A DNA stretch of 64,000 bases from Candidatus Omnitrophota bacterium (GTDB taxonomy: Bacteria; Omnitrophota; Gorgyraeia; Gygaellales; Profunditerraquicolaceae): the NCBI GenBank assembly GCA_035402765.1, contig DAONDX010000003.1, positions 50,682-114,681 on the forward strand, written 5' to 3'. How positions within the stretch are numbered: position 1 is the stretch's first letter; each line of letters begins with the position of its first letter. Made by a program: the position numbers and the translations under genes. This document shows positions 17,944-26,497 of the stretch, one piece after another. The notes under the pieces are model-generated. The model ran no database searches, was not told where the DNA came from, and saw nothing but the letters and a program-made list of their open reading frames with translations.

Positions 17944-19869
17944 TTAAAATCCCACCGAAGGAAATTTGGTTAAATCCGTATGCGGAAAAAATAAGGCCTG
18001 GCCATATTCTTCCATGTACCCCGGATCAACAGATAATTCGAAATATGTAATCTTGGAAGCCAAAGCATCGGCCAATTCCATCGCCTGACTGGATAAAAGT
18101 GTTTCCCGGGCACCGGCCAAAGAGCTATTTCCGATAAAAACAAATTTAGTCAGCGGTAAATCCGGCAATAACCCGATATTAATAGCGTGCTCAATATCCA
18201 AATACGTGCCAAAGCCTCCGGCGATAAAAATCTTGGAAATTTCTAAAAATCCCAGGCCCAAATGCTCAACTAAAATCGAGGTTGCTGAATAGATCGCCGC
18301 TTTAGAACGTTTAAGATTTTCAATGTCTGCCTCGTTGATCACAATATCAGCTTGAGCCTGGATATCTTCTTTAAAACAAACTACAAATTCACGGCCGTTA
18401 TCGGTTGAACGGATCCGCTTACCGGTAGCTTTAATTTTTCCGCCTTTATCAATTATCCCGGAGCTTAGCATTTCACTTAATAAATCGATGTAACCTGAAC
18501 CGCAGATCCCCCGCGGCGGTTTATCCTGGATGGTAGAATATTTAACGCTAAAATCATTTTTATCAATACTGACTCTTTGGATCGCTCCGCTAGAGGCACG
18601 CATACCGCTAGTTACGCCACTGCCTTCAAAAGCCGGGCCCGCGGATGCCGCGCAAGCTACCAAAAAATCACGGTTGCCTAAGACGATCTCCCCGTTGGTT
18701 CCGATATCGATCAAAATGCAAGATTGTTCTTTTTGATAGATACCGCTGGATAAAATACCGGCAGTAGTATCGCCTCCCACATAGCTGGAAACTCCGGGGA
18801 CACAACTTAACAGCCCCCGGGGATTAATATTTATTCCGGCCTCGGCAGCCCGGAATACCGGAATAAAATTTGCCGTCGGGACATAAGGCTGGCGCCGGAT
18901 ATGCGCCGGATCCATACTTAAGAGCAGATGGATCATCGTAGTATTGCCTGAGCAAACAACACAATTAACATCATTAAGATCAACCTGATGTTCGCCGGTT
19001 AATTCTTTAATAATCTGGTTCATGGTATCCGAAACAGCGTTGTGCAATTTTTCTAAACCGTCAGTTTTAGCAGCATAAACGATGCGGGTAATTACATCGC
19101 TGCCAAAAGCCGCCTGTTGATTATAGGTAGCCTTGGTCCCGAGAATCTTTTTTGAATTCAAGTTTACCAATTGCCCGGAAATAGTTGTCGTACCGATATC
19201 AAAACAAAACCCGAAATTATTATCCGTCGTGTCGCCCGGCTCAATTAAAACAATTTCCACGGCATCATCGCGCCGGGCCAAAGTTACCGTGACTTTCCAG
19301 GAATAATCCCGCAATAATTCACCGAGCTGGCGGATATTAAACAGACCCGTAGTGATTCTCGGAAATTCTCCTAAAACCCGCAGGGCCCGGTATAATCTCT
19401 CCAGATCGCTGATACTGTCATTAAGCGTAGGCTCGGGTAATTCCAGATATATTTTTGTGGCAAACGGGGAATGTTTAAAAAGTTCTTCTTCCGGACTTGT
19501 TTTTAGCGGATGCACATCCTCTGCTTTAGAGTACAGGCCGCTTAACCGTTCTTCCAGTTCATCCGGAGTAAGTTTGTCAAAATTAATCCGGGAACTATCC
19601 GGAATCAAAACCTCCAAATCACTGTGTACCGTAGTTAGACAAGCCAGGTAAACATTATTCTTTTTCTCTTGCGCGGTAATTATACCGTTTGGCTGGCTAT
19701 TAACTTTGCCCTGTTTAACAATCACTTTACAGCGGCCGCAAATCCCATCTCCCCCGCAATTAGAATTAAGGCTTACCCCGGCAGATATAGCCGCGCCAAG
19801 TATCGTCTTATCCTGTTCCACGGTAACTGACAAATTATCCGGAATAAATGTAACTTTAAACTTTTGCAT
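17944..19869 (-). CDS. corrinoid activation/regeneration protein (RACo-like: 2Fe-2S ferredoxin domain plus ASKHA ATPase)
   Basis: 641 aa with an N-terminal plant-type ferredoxin Cys cluster (CGGDGICGRCKV) and a large ASKHA-fold body, adjacent to the CFeSP subunits. Confidence 0.7.
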   Translation of the reverse strand: MQKFKVTFIPDNLSVTVEQDKTILGAAISAGVSLNSNCGGDGICGRCKVIVKQGKVNSQPNGIITAQEKKNNVYLACLTTVHSDLEVLIPDSSRINFDKLTPDELEERLSGLYSKAEDVHPLKTSPEEELFKHSPFATKIYLELPEPTLNDSISDLERLYRALRVLGEFPRITTGLFNIRQLGELLRDYSWKVTVTLARRDDAVEIVLIEPGDTTDNNFGFCFDIGTTTISGQLVNLNSKKILGTKATYNQQAAFGSDVITRIVYAAKTDGLEKLHNAVSDTMNQIIKELTGEHQVDLNDVNCVVCSGNTTMIHLLLSMDPAHIRRQPYVPTANFIPVFRAAEAGININPRGLLSCVPGVSSYVGGDTTAGILSSGIYQKEQSCILIDIGTNGEIVLGNRDFLVACAASAGPAFEGSGVTSGMRASSGAIQRVSIDKNDFSVKYSTIQDKPPRGICGSGYIDLLSEMLSSGIIDKGGKIKATGKRIRSTDNGREFVVCFKEDIQAQADIVINEADIENLKRSKAAIYSATSILVEHLGLGFLEISKIFIAGGFGTYLDIEHAINIGLLPDLPLTKFVFIGNSSLAGARETLLSSQAMELADALASKITYFELSVDPGYMEEYGQALFFPHTDLTKFPSVGF

Positions 19870-19882
19870 AGGTAAAATAAAT

Positions 19883-21214
19883 TTAATTAAGATTCTTCAA
19901 AAATGCGGGGATACCGGCCGCTTCTTTAGGACCGACGATAATTTTGAAACCGGACTGGTCTTCCAGGTCGCCGCTAATCATCGCCACATAACCCGGAATG
20001 ACTAAATTCTTATGCTTAATTATTTCTTTAACCCCGCAGGCGGATAATGATTTAGTAATCGCTTCCGCGTTAAATTTCTCCGCGGCCCAAGCGGTAAGTA
20101 CTGACATCCCTTGCGTATCTACGCTTAAGATATAGGCGGGTATTTTGCTTGTCTCCACCTCTCCTAAAACAGTATAATAGGTTAAAGAAAAATTTGTCGT
20201 AACCAAGAGCGGGGAATCCTGGCTGACCTTACCGATAGAATAAAGTTTAGGATCGATTTGCAGAGGTTTTTGCGGATCAGTATAAATATTTTGCCTTAAA
20301 GTTAAAATCGCCAGAACCTCCCAGGCAGAAAAACCTCTGATCAGAACGATCCCGGCATATTTAGCGATATAAGCGCTTGCTTCCATAGCCTCTTCATAAG
20401 GATCAGTTTTTTCTACAATCGCCAGGCTGGGATAGCCTAATGCGCGATTGGATTTTTTAAGCGCCTGGCGGCGTAACTGGGTTAAATCCCAAATTTTATC
20501 CGTGATGGGTTTTACCCCTGAATCTAAAATCAGATCCTTGACCCCCAAGTTGTTCAATTCTTTGGCCAGCTGGCCTAATTGAACAATATCCTGCGCAACT
20601 ACCACCAGAGGCAGCTGGAATTCTTTAGCGATGGAGGCGATTTGAGTAAAATTATCCTGATTTGCCCCGTAAAGCAAAGGCTTGCGCTTTTGACTGATTA
20701 TTACCGCTTCTTTTAAAGTGGGCAAATCGCTGCTGATCAACATCAGCGGTAAAACGGTATTATCCATAACCAATTTGGTGGCTTGCAAAAACCTTCCGGC
20801 ATCCTTGCTCTGTTCTAATGCCACCAAATTCACGTTAAGCTCCTGGCCGACCCGCTCAAATTTTAATTGATTAATTTTAGAAAGCCGGTCTTTTATTTCA
20901 TTATCACTAAGATCGGCATTAATAATAAATCCCAACCCCGCAGGATTACGGAATTTTTCTTCATGCCTATACATAACCGTTTCGTTACCAATATCAAATT
21001 TTGATTCATTACTGCCTAAAGTAATCAATTTAATTGCCGGCATGGCCTGCTCTTCCAGGGTATTTTTAGCTTCCGGGGAGATAAAGGGACATTTATCGAT
21101 GGGCAGTGTCTTTTTCGCCAGCTGCATGGCAAAAGCCAAACAAGTAGCCAACCCGCATTGACGGCAATTTGTCTTAGGTAATAACTTGTAGATATCCAAA
21201 CCTGAAAGTGCCAT
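19883..21214 (-). CDS. acsC: corrinoid/iron-sulfur protein large subunit (CODH/ACS gamma)
   Basis: 443 aa with an N-terminal 4Fe-4S motif CRQCGLATCLAF...C and an AcsC-like TIM barrel. Confidence 0.75.
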   Translation of the reverse strand: MALSGLDIYKLLPKTNCRQCGLATCLAFAMQLAKKTLPIDKCPFISPEAKNTLEEQAMPAIKLITLGSNESKFDIGNETVMYRHEEKFRNPAGLGFIINADLSDNEIKDRLSKINQLKFERVGQELNVNLVALEQSKDAGRFLQATKLVMDNTVLPLMLISSDLPTLKEAVIISQKRKPLLYGANQDNFTQIASIAKEFQLPLVVVAQDIVQLGQLAKELNNLGVKDLILDSGVKPITDKIWDLTQLRRQALKKSNRALGYPSLAIVEKTDPYEEAMEASAYIAKYAGIVLIRGFSAWEVLAILTLRQNIYTDPQKPLQIDPKLYSIGKVSQDSPLLVTTNFSLTYYTVLGEVETSKIPAYILSVDTQGMSVLTAWAAEKFNAEAITKSLSACGVKEIIKHKNLVIPGYVAMISGDLEDQSGFKIIVGPKEAAGIPAFLKNLN

Positions 21215-21269
21215 AATTCCTTTCTTTTCCGCAAAGCGCCCGCGGTACTACTCTAATATGAGCAAACAC

Positions 21270-21953
21270 TTACTTCTGTCGCCGGGTATTATTGATCAAA
21301 CTTGCAAAGTATCCGGCTCCAAATCCATTATCAATGTTAACTACGCTGACTCCCGGAGAACAACCGTTGAGCATCGTCAGCAAAGCCGCCAGGCCGGAAA
21401 AACTTGATCCATACCCGCAGCTGGTCGGTACCGCCACAATCGGCGCTTTGACTAATCCGCTGACTAAACTAGCCAACGCCCCTTCCATACCGGCTACTAC
21501 TACGATCACTTGAGCTTTTTTTAATTTATCAAGGTTTTTCATCAAACGGTGTACGCCGGCCACACCTACGTCATAAAGCTTATCCACCCGATTACCCATA
21601 ATCTTCAAGGTTTGTACCGCTTCTTCAGCCACCGGAATATCAGCAGTTCCGGCAGAAACTACCAGCACTAAACCTTGCGCTAAAGATTTTGGCTTATTTA
21701 AATAGTAACCGATTTTTGCCAAGGAGTTATATTTTAAGGCAGGGATGCTCTTTTTTAAATAAGAAAACGCGCTTTTATCCAGTTTGGTTAAAAGTAAATC
21801 TTGTTTAGCAGCAACTATTCTTTTAGCAATCCCTTTTAGATGCGGGCGTTCTTTACCCGGGCAATAAATGACTTCGGCAAATCCTTTGCGGTTTTCTCTG
21901 TCGGTATCAATTTTCGCAAACCCTAAATCACAGAATCCTTTGCCGGATGTCAT
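21270..21953 (-). CDS. larB: nickel-pincer cofactor biosynthesis protein LarB (PurE-like AIR carboxylase domain)
   Basis: 227 aa with a PurE/AIRC fold (VVAGMEGALASLVSGL...). Confidence 0.7.
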   Translation of the reverse strand: MTSGKGFCDLGFAKIDTDRENRKGFAEVIYCPGKERPHLKGIAKRIVAAKQDLLLTKLDKSAFSYLKKSIPALKYNSLAKIGYYLNKPKSLAQGLVLVVSAGTADIPVAEEAVQTLKIMGNRVDKLYDVGVAGVHRLMKNLDKLKKAQVIVVVAGMEGALASLVSGLVKAPIVAVPTSCGYGSSFSGLAALLTMLNGCSPGVSVVNIDNGFGAGYFASLINNTRRQK

Positions 21954-21957
21954 CGCT

Positions 21958-22269
21958 TTATAAACCCCGGTAAACCAAATATCCCAAAAGGATAATAAAA
22001 ATCAGGGCAAAGATATAAAAATCGTTAAAATAAAAAAAATCGCCGATACTGCTGCCTAAACTTTCAGATTCTCCTTTAGCCGGTCCGGGTTTTAAATGAC
22101 CTTGTTTCTTTTTATATTGTTCGACTTGTTCCTTTTTGAATCTCAAATATACTCCGCCTACCTTATAACCCGGGATGACCCCGCTTTCGGTCAAATCCAA
22201 AACATCTTTTTCCGACACCCCCAGCATAATTGAAACATCCCTGACAGTAAGCATTTTTTCTTCAGTCAT
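21958..22269 (-). CDS. small DNA-binding protein: excisionase-type HTH (HTH_17-like) with a C-terminal transmembrane anchor
   Basis: 103 aa with an N-terminal HTH (MLTVRDVSIMLGVSEKDVLDLTESGVIPGYKVGGVYLRFKKEQVEQY) and a C-terminal hydrophobic helix (FIFALIFIILLGYLVY). Confidence 0.55.
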   Translation of the reverse strand: MTEEKMLTVRDVSIMLGVSEKDVLDLTESGVIPGYKVGGVYLRFKKEQVEQYKKKQGHLKPGPAKGESESLGSSIGDFFYFNDFYIFALIFIILLGYLVYRGL

Positions 22270-22373
22270 TTTAAACTCAAGCGGCCTTGGCTTCCGGTAT
22301 TTTTTTTAACCAGATGCGGTATCCACTAATACGAATTCAGTTTTTATAATTAAATCCCGAAGTTTTTTCCGGC

Positions 22374-22877
22374 TTATTTTGCGATTTTGCCAGAAGCCAC
22401 CCAGGAATCTATCGCTTTACGCTCGAATTTCCAATCATTATTTTCTTTACTGGCCGGAACTTTTCCTGAATTGGCCCATTCCATAATCGAACTTAATTCT
22501 ACTTCCAGATATTTAGCCAATTGTTCGGAATTAAGAAAATCATGCAACATAGTACATTGTCCCTCAAAAACTGCCCCTTCGGCAATATTAAGCTTAGCCG
22601 GATAAATATGCCCCTCCACTATCGCCTGAGGAAGCAGGGTAAGCCTTTCTTTAGCCGTAATTTTCCCTTTGACCCGGCCGCCAATAATAATATTATCTCC
22701 GACGATATCGGCGTTAATTGCCGCAGTAGTCCCGATCGTCAAATTACCCCGGGTATCCAGGTTCCCCTCAAATTTACCGTTGATCCGCAGATTAACCGGA
22801 TCTTTAAAGGTTAAGGTCCCCTGCATAGCAGCATCGACATCCAATGTTTTTTCTTCTAAATTCTTTTTAAATGCCAT
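22374..22877 (-). CDS. bactofilin-domain protein fused to a C-terminal excisionase-type HTH
   Basis: 167 aa. Residues ~20-115 form beta-helical bactofilin repeats (GKFEGNLDTRGNLTIGTTAAINADIVGDNIIIGGRVKGKITAKERLTLLPQAIVEGHIYPAKLNIAEGAVFEGQ). The C-terminus reads SEQLAKYLEVELSSIMEWANSGKVPASK..WKFERKAIDSWV, an HTH_17-like fold. Confidence 0.65.
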   Translation of the reverse strand: MAFKKNLEEKTLDVDAAMQGTLTFKDPVNLRINGKFEGNLDTRGNLTIGTTAAINADIVGDNIIIGGRVKGKITAKERLTLLPQAIVEGHIYPAKLNIAEGAVFEGQCTMLHDFLNSEQLAKYLEVELSSIMEWANSGKVPASKENNDWKFERKAIDSWVASGKIAK

Positions 22878-23313
22878 GTTTACCCTCCTTTGAAAGTGGT
22901 GTTTCTACATAGCGTAAAAGGTATAAAACGAACCAAACGAGTAACGTGGCAAAAGCGGCGATTTTAATAAAACCCACACCAACTGCTAAACCAATCCCTG
23001 CCGCCACCCAAAGGCTCGCCGCAGTAGTCAGGCCCCGGATTCCGTCAGATTCACGCATAATCGCACCGGCACCCAAAAAACCAATACCGGTAACTACTCC
23101 GGCAGCAATCCGCGCCGGATCTAAAGCCACCTGATCTTTATATATATCAAAAACATACAAAGATGTCAACATGATAAGGCAACTGCCTAAAGCGACTAAT
23201 ATATGTGTGCGCAAACCGGCATCTCTGCGATGCACCTGCCTCTCCAAACCGATAAATCCGCTTAAAATTAAAGTTACCAATAAACGCATAACCATTTGTA
23301 AATCTGTAGGCAT
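22867..23313 (-). CDS. mgtC: MgtC/SapB family membrane protein
   Basis: 148 aa matching the MgtC N-terminal domain (LIRLVLAGLLGGLIGLERE-like). The gene overlaps the next gene by 11 nt, so the two form an operon. Confidence 0.8.
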   Translation of the reverse strand: MPTDLQMVMRLLVTLILSGFIGLERQVHRRDAGLRTHILVALGSCLIMLTSLYVFDIYKDQVALDPARIAAGVVTGIGFLGAGAIMRESDGIRGLTTAASLWVAAGIGLAVGVGFIKIAAFATLLVWFVLYLLRYVETPLSKEGKHGI

Positions 23314-23422
23314 CTTCTCCTCCTGGTCTACCTAGACGGCACCGACCTAATTCGCCAAACGGCCGAATGACAGTCCATCTTGTTATGCCGGTGCAATTCC
23401 CTTTAGCTCCGGATGATAGTAA

Positions 23423-24397
23423 TTAAACATTAAGATAAAGATCACTTCGAACGCCACGCTGATAAAGATACCCGCCTAATCCGGCAACCATCGCAGCATT
23501 ATCCATGCATAAATTAAACTCCGGAAAAAAACAGTTCACTCCTTCGGCCTTAGCACAAGCATAGAATTTCTTACGTAATTCCTGATTAGCGGACACCCCT
23601 CCGCCGATTAAAAGCTGTTTAACTGAGTTTTGTTTACAAGCCAGCAAGGATTTCTTAATTAAAACGTTGAAGGCGCTCTCTTGAAAAGAGGCAGCCAGGT
23701 CATTTTTCATTTTGATCCCGGATTTTTTGCCTTTTAGATAATATAAAACCGCGGTCTTTATGCCGCTAAAACTAAAATCCAACTCCCTGTTCATCCCGGA
23801 ACAAGCAAATTTAATTTTATGCCGGTTGCCGGATTTAGCCATTTTTTCAATTAATGGACCTCCGGGATAACCCAATCCCATAATTTTAGCCACCTTATCA
23901 AAAGCCTCCCCGCAAGCATCATCTAAAGTTTGCCCCAAAACCTTAAATTTAGAAAAATCTTTTACATAAAAAAGTGAGGTATGCCCTCCGGAAACAACTA
24001 AAGCTACCGCCGGTAATTTTATTTTCTCATGGCAAAGGTAATTAGCATAAACATGCCCGAAGATATGATTGACCCCCAAAATAGGCCTATTTAAAGACAG
24101 GGCCAACGCTTTGGCAAAAGCCACCCCCACGATCAATGAACCCGGCAACCCCGGATGCGTGGTGACCGAGATTAAATCAATCTGCTCAGGTTTTATTTTG
24201 GCAATTTTAAGCGCTTCAGCGAATACCCCGGCTATGCTTTCCAGCTGCATCCGCGAAGCGATCTCAGGAATTACCCCGCCGTGGCAGCTATGCAATTTCA
24301 GGCTGGTGGCCACGACATCCGCTAAAACTTTTTTTCCATCTTTAACAATCGCCACCCCGGTTTCATCGCAGGAGCTTTCCACTCCCAAAACCATCAT
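23423..24397 (-). CDS. tsaD: tRNA N6-adenosine threonylcarbamoyltransferase
   Basis: 324 aa of the Kae1/TsaD family (VLGVESSCDETGVAIV...HSCHGG). Confidence 0.9.
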   Translation of the reverse strand: MMVLGVESSCDETGVAIVKDGKKVLADVVATSLKLHSCHGGVIPEIASRMQLESIAGVFAEALKIAKIKPEQIDLISVTTHPGLPGSLIVGVAFAKALALSLNRPILGVNHIFGHVYANYLCHEKIKLPAVALVVSGGHTSLFYVKDFSKFKVLGQTLDDACGEAFDKVAKIMGLGYPGGPLIEKMAKSGNRHKIKFACSGMNRELDFSFSGIKTAVLYYLKGKKSGIKMKNDLAASFQESAFNVLIKKSLLACKQNSVKQLLIGGGVSANQELRKKFYACAKAEGVNCFFPEFNLCMDNAAMVAGLGGYLYQRGVRSDLYLNV

Positions 24398-25194
24398 TCT
24401 AGCACCTGCGAAAGTAAAACAAATTTATAACCTTCTTTTTCCATCTGAGGAAGCATAGTTTTTAATACCAGCAGGGTATTCTTACGGTCATGACCGATCC
24501 CCACGGCAGTACCCTGCCTCCTGGCTAAATTCTTCAGCTTTAACAGCTGACCTTTAATATATTCAAAATCATTTTGATTATCCAAAAAAACATCCCGTTT
24601 GGCAAATGGAATTTTCATTTTTTCAGCCAAAATCTGACCCAAGGATGCATTAGTCACAAAACTATCAAAAAAATAAAGTTTCCGTCTTTTTACTTCCGCC
24701 AGCACCAAAGCGCAAGCTTTTTGATCTTCGGTAATCCGCGATCCCATGTGGTTAGATACCCCTTTGGCTAAATTAATATCGCCTAAATCTCGGTCAAAAA
24801 TATCCCGGATCTGACCGGCATTCATCTTGGCAGTAATCGTATCTTTTTCCAGATTATACTTTTCTTTCGGCTCCATCGGCAAATGTAAGATTATTTCGAA
24901 ACCTAAATCGTTTAATTTTTGCATGACCGTATTGGAATTTTTTAATCCCGGTAAAATCGCGCAGGTCAAAGGCTGCCGGATTTGCCCGGCGGCAGGCAGA
25001 TTATTCAAACTATACCCCCAATCATCAATTACAATCGCAATCCGTCCGCGGGTTAATTGCGCCTTTTTAACCAAAGCTTTTTTTACCGGCGGTTTTTTTA
25101 CCGGAGGTTTTCTATGCACCGGCGGCAAAATAAGAGCAATAAATACCAATAAAACAAAAATAATCCCCACCACTTCAAAACTTTTATTTTTCAT
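24394..25194 (-). CDS. divergent polysaccharide deacetylase family protein (YibQ-like)
   Basis: 266 aa with a signal/TM segment and a Pro/Lys-rich linker followed by a deacetylase-like domain (IAIVIDDWGY...). Confidence 0.55.
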   Translation of the reverse strand: MKNKSFEVVGIIFVLLVFIALILPPVHRKPPVKKPPVKKALVKKAQLTRGRIAIVIDDWGYSLNNLPAAGQIRQPLTCAILPGLKNSNTVMQKLNDLGFEIILHLPMEPKEKYNLEKDTITAKMNAGQIRDIFDRDLGDINLAKGVSNHMGSRITEDQKACALVLAEVKRRKLYFFDSFVTNASLGQILAEKMKIPFAKRDVFLDNQNDFEYIKGQLLKLKNLARRQGTAVGIGHDRKNTLLVLKTMLPQMEKEGYKFVLLSQVLE

Positions 25195-25219
25195 CGATCA
25201 AAATATTATTAAATTTAAA

Positions 25220-26497
25220 TTATTTAACCTGCTTATAAATTTCAATCGCTTTCAAAGCTTCCACGGCGCGCATAAGTTGCGTATCGGTTTTATAATTGAA
25301 GTCATTTTTGGCGGGCTTATCGTTCTGTTGCATATTCTGAACTTGATCAAATATTTCATCAGAATTTTTAAGTCCTGTTTCACTAACTTTATTATCCGGG
25401 ATCTTCTTGTCTTCCACCGTAATATCCGGAGTGATCCCTTTACCCTGAATAATTTTACCGGAGGGAGTAAAATAATGGCTCGTAGTTAAGCGCAAAGCGG
25501 AACCGTCGTTTAAAGGTATAACTGTCTGTACTGACCCTTTACCAAATGATTTTTTCCCGATAATAATGGCGCGTTTGTAATCCTGTAAAGCACCGGCGAC
25601 GATTTCGCTTCCGGAAGCAGAACCCTCATTAATCAGAATTACCAAAGGCAAGTTCAGATTAGTATTCTGGTCTTCGGAGAAAAATTCAAGGTCCTGATCC
25701 TTCTGCCTGCTCTTAGTATAAGCCACCAGCTTATTGGGAGGCAGGAATTTCCCAGTCACCTTAACCGCCACATCCAGCAGGCCGCCGGGATTATTACGCA
25801 AATCGATAATCAATGACTGCATCCCCTCCTTGGAAAGAATGCTGAGAGCGTTATTTAACTCCGCCAGGGTATTTTCTCGAAACTCGCTTAAACGAATATA
25901 ACCTACTCCGGACTCCAGAATACGCACATATTTTATATCCGTAATCTTGATAATATCTCTGGTGATTTTAAACTCCAAAAGCTTTTTTTCGCTATCTCTT
26001 AATATCGTAAGATCAACCAATGTGCCGGGCTTGCCGCGCATTTTTTTTACCGCTTCCGTAAGGGACATCTCCCTGGTCAGGGCATCATTAATCTTTACGA
26101 TCCGGTCGCCGGCTTTTACCCCCGCCTTCCAAGCCGGGGTATCTTCGATCGGCGTAATCACGGTGAGTAATCCGTCTTTGATCGTGATCTCAATTCCCAA
26201 GCCGCCGAATTTACCCTGAGTATCTACTCTTAATTCCTCATAGGCTTCCGGATCCATAAACTGGCTATGCGGATCAAGCGACTCCAGCATGCCTTTTAAC
26301 GCCCCATAGATCAAATCCCTGGTTTTGGTCTCATCGACATATTCTTTTTGAACGATGGCCAGGGTATCCGAAAATATCTCTACCTGCTTATACAATTTAT
26401 CGTTATTTTTCTTTTTACTTTCAGAAAAACCTAAACGAACACCCGCCAGTACTAATACAGCAAGTAAAAAAATGAGCACGATATTTTTACGCATCAA
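25220..26497 (-). CDS. ctpA: carboxy-terminal processing (tail-specific) protease, S41 family
   Basis: 425 aa with a PDZ domain and an S41 catalytic region (GSASGSEIVAGAL...KSFGKGSVQ). Confidence 0.85.
   Translation of the reverse strand: MMRKNIVLIFLLAVLVLAGVRLGFSESKKKNNDKLYKQVEIFSDTLAIVQKEYVDETKTRDLIYGALKGMLESLDPHSQFMDPEAYEELRVDTQGKFGGLGIEITIKDGLLTVITPIEDTPAWKAGVKAGDRIVKINDALTREMSLTEAVKKMRGKPGTLVDLTILRDSEKKLLEFKITRDIIKITDIKYVRILESGVGYIRLSEFRENTLAELNNALSILSKEGMQSLIIDLRNNPGGLLDVAVKVTGKFLPPNKLVAYTKSRQKDQDLEFFSEDQNTNLNLPLVILINEGSASGSEIVAGALQDYKRAIIIGKKSFGKGSVQTVIPLNDGSALRLTTSHYFTPSGKIIQGKGITPDITVEDKKIPDNKVSETGLKNSDEIFDQVQNMQQNDKPAKNDFNYKTDTQLMRAVEALKAIEIYKQVK

Noticed and set aside
21025-21234. 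69-aa minus-strand ORF overlapping the acsC N-terminus
   Set aside because: It sits in an alternative frame within a well-supported gene, so it is spurious.
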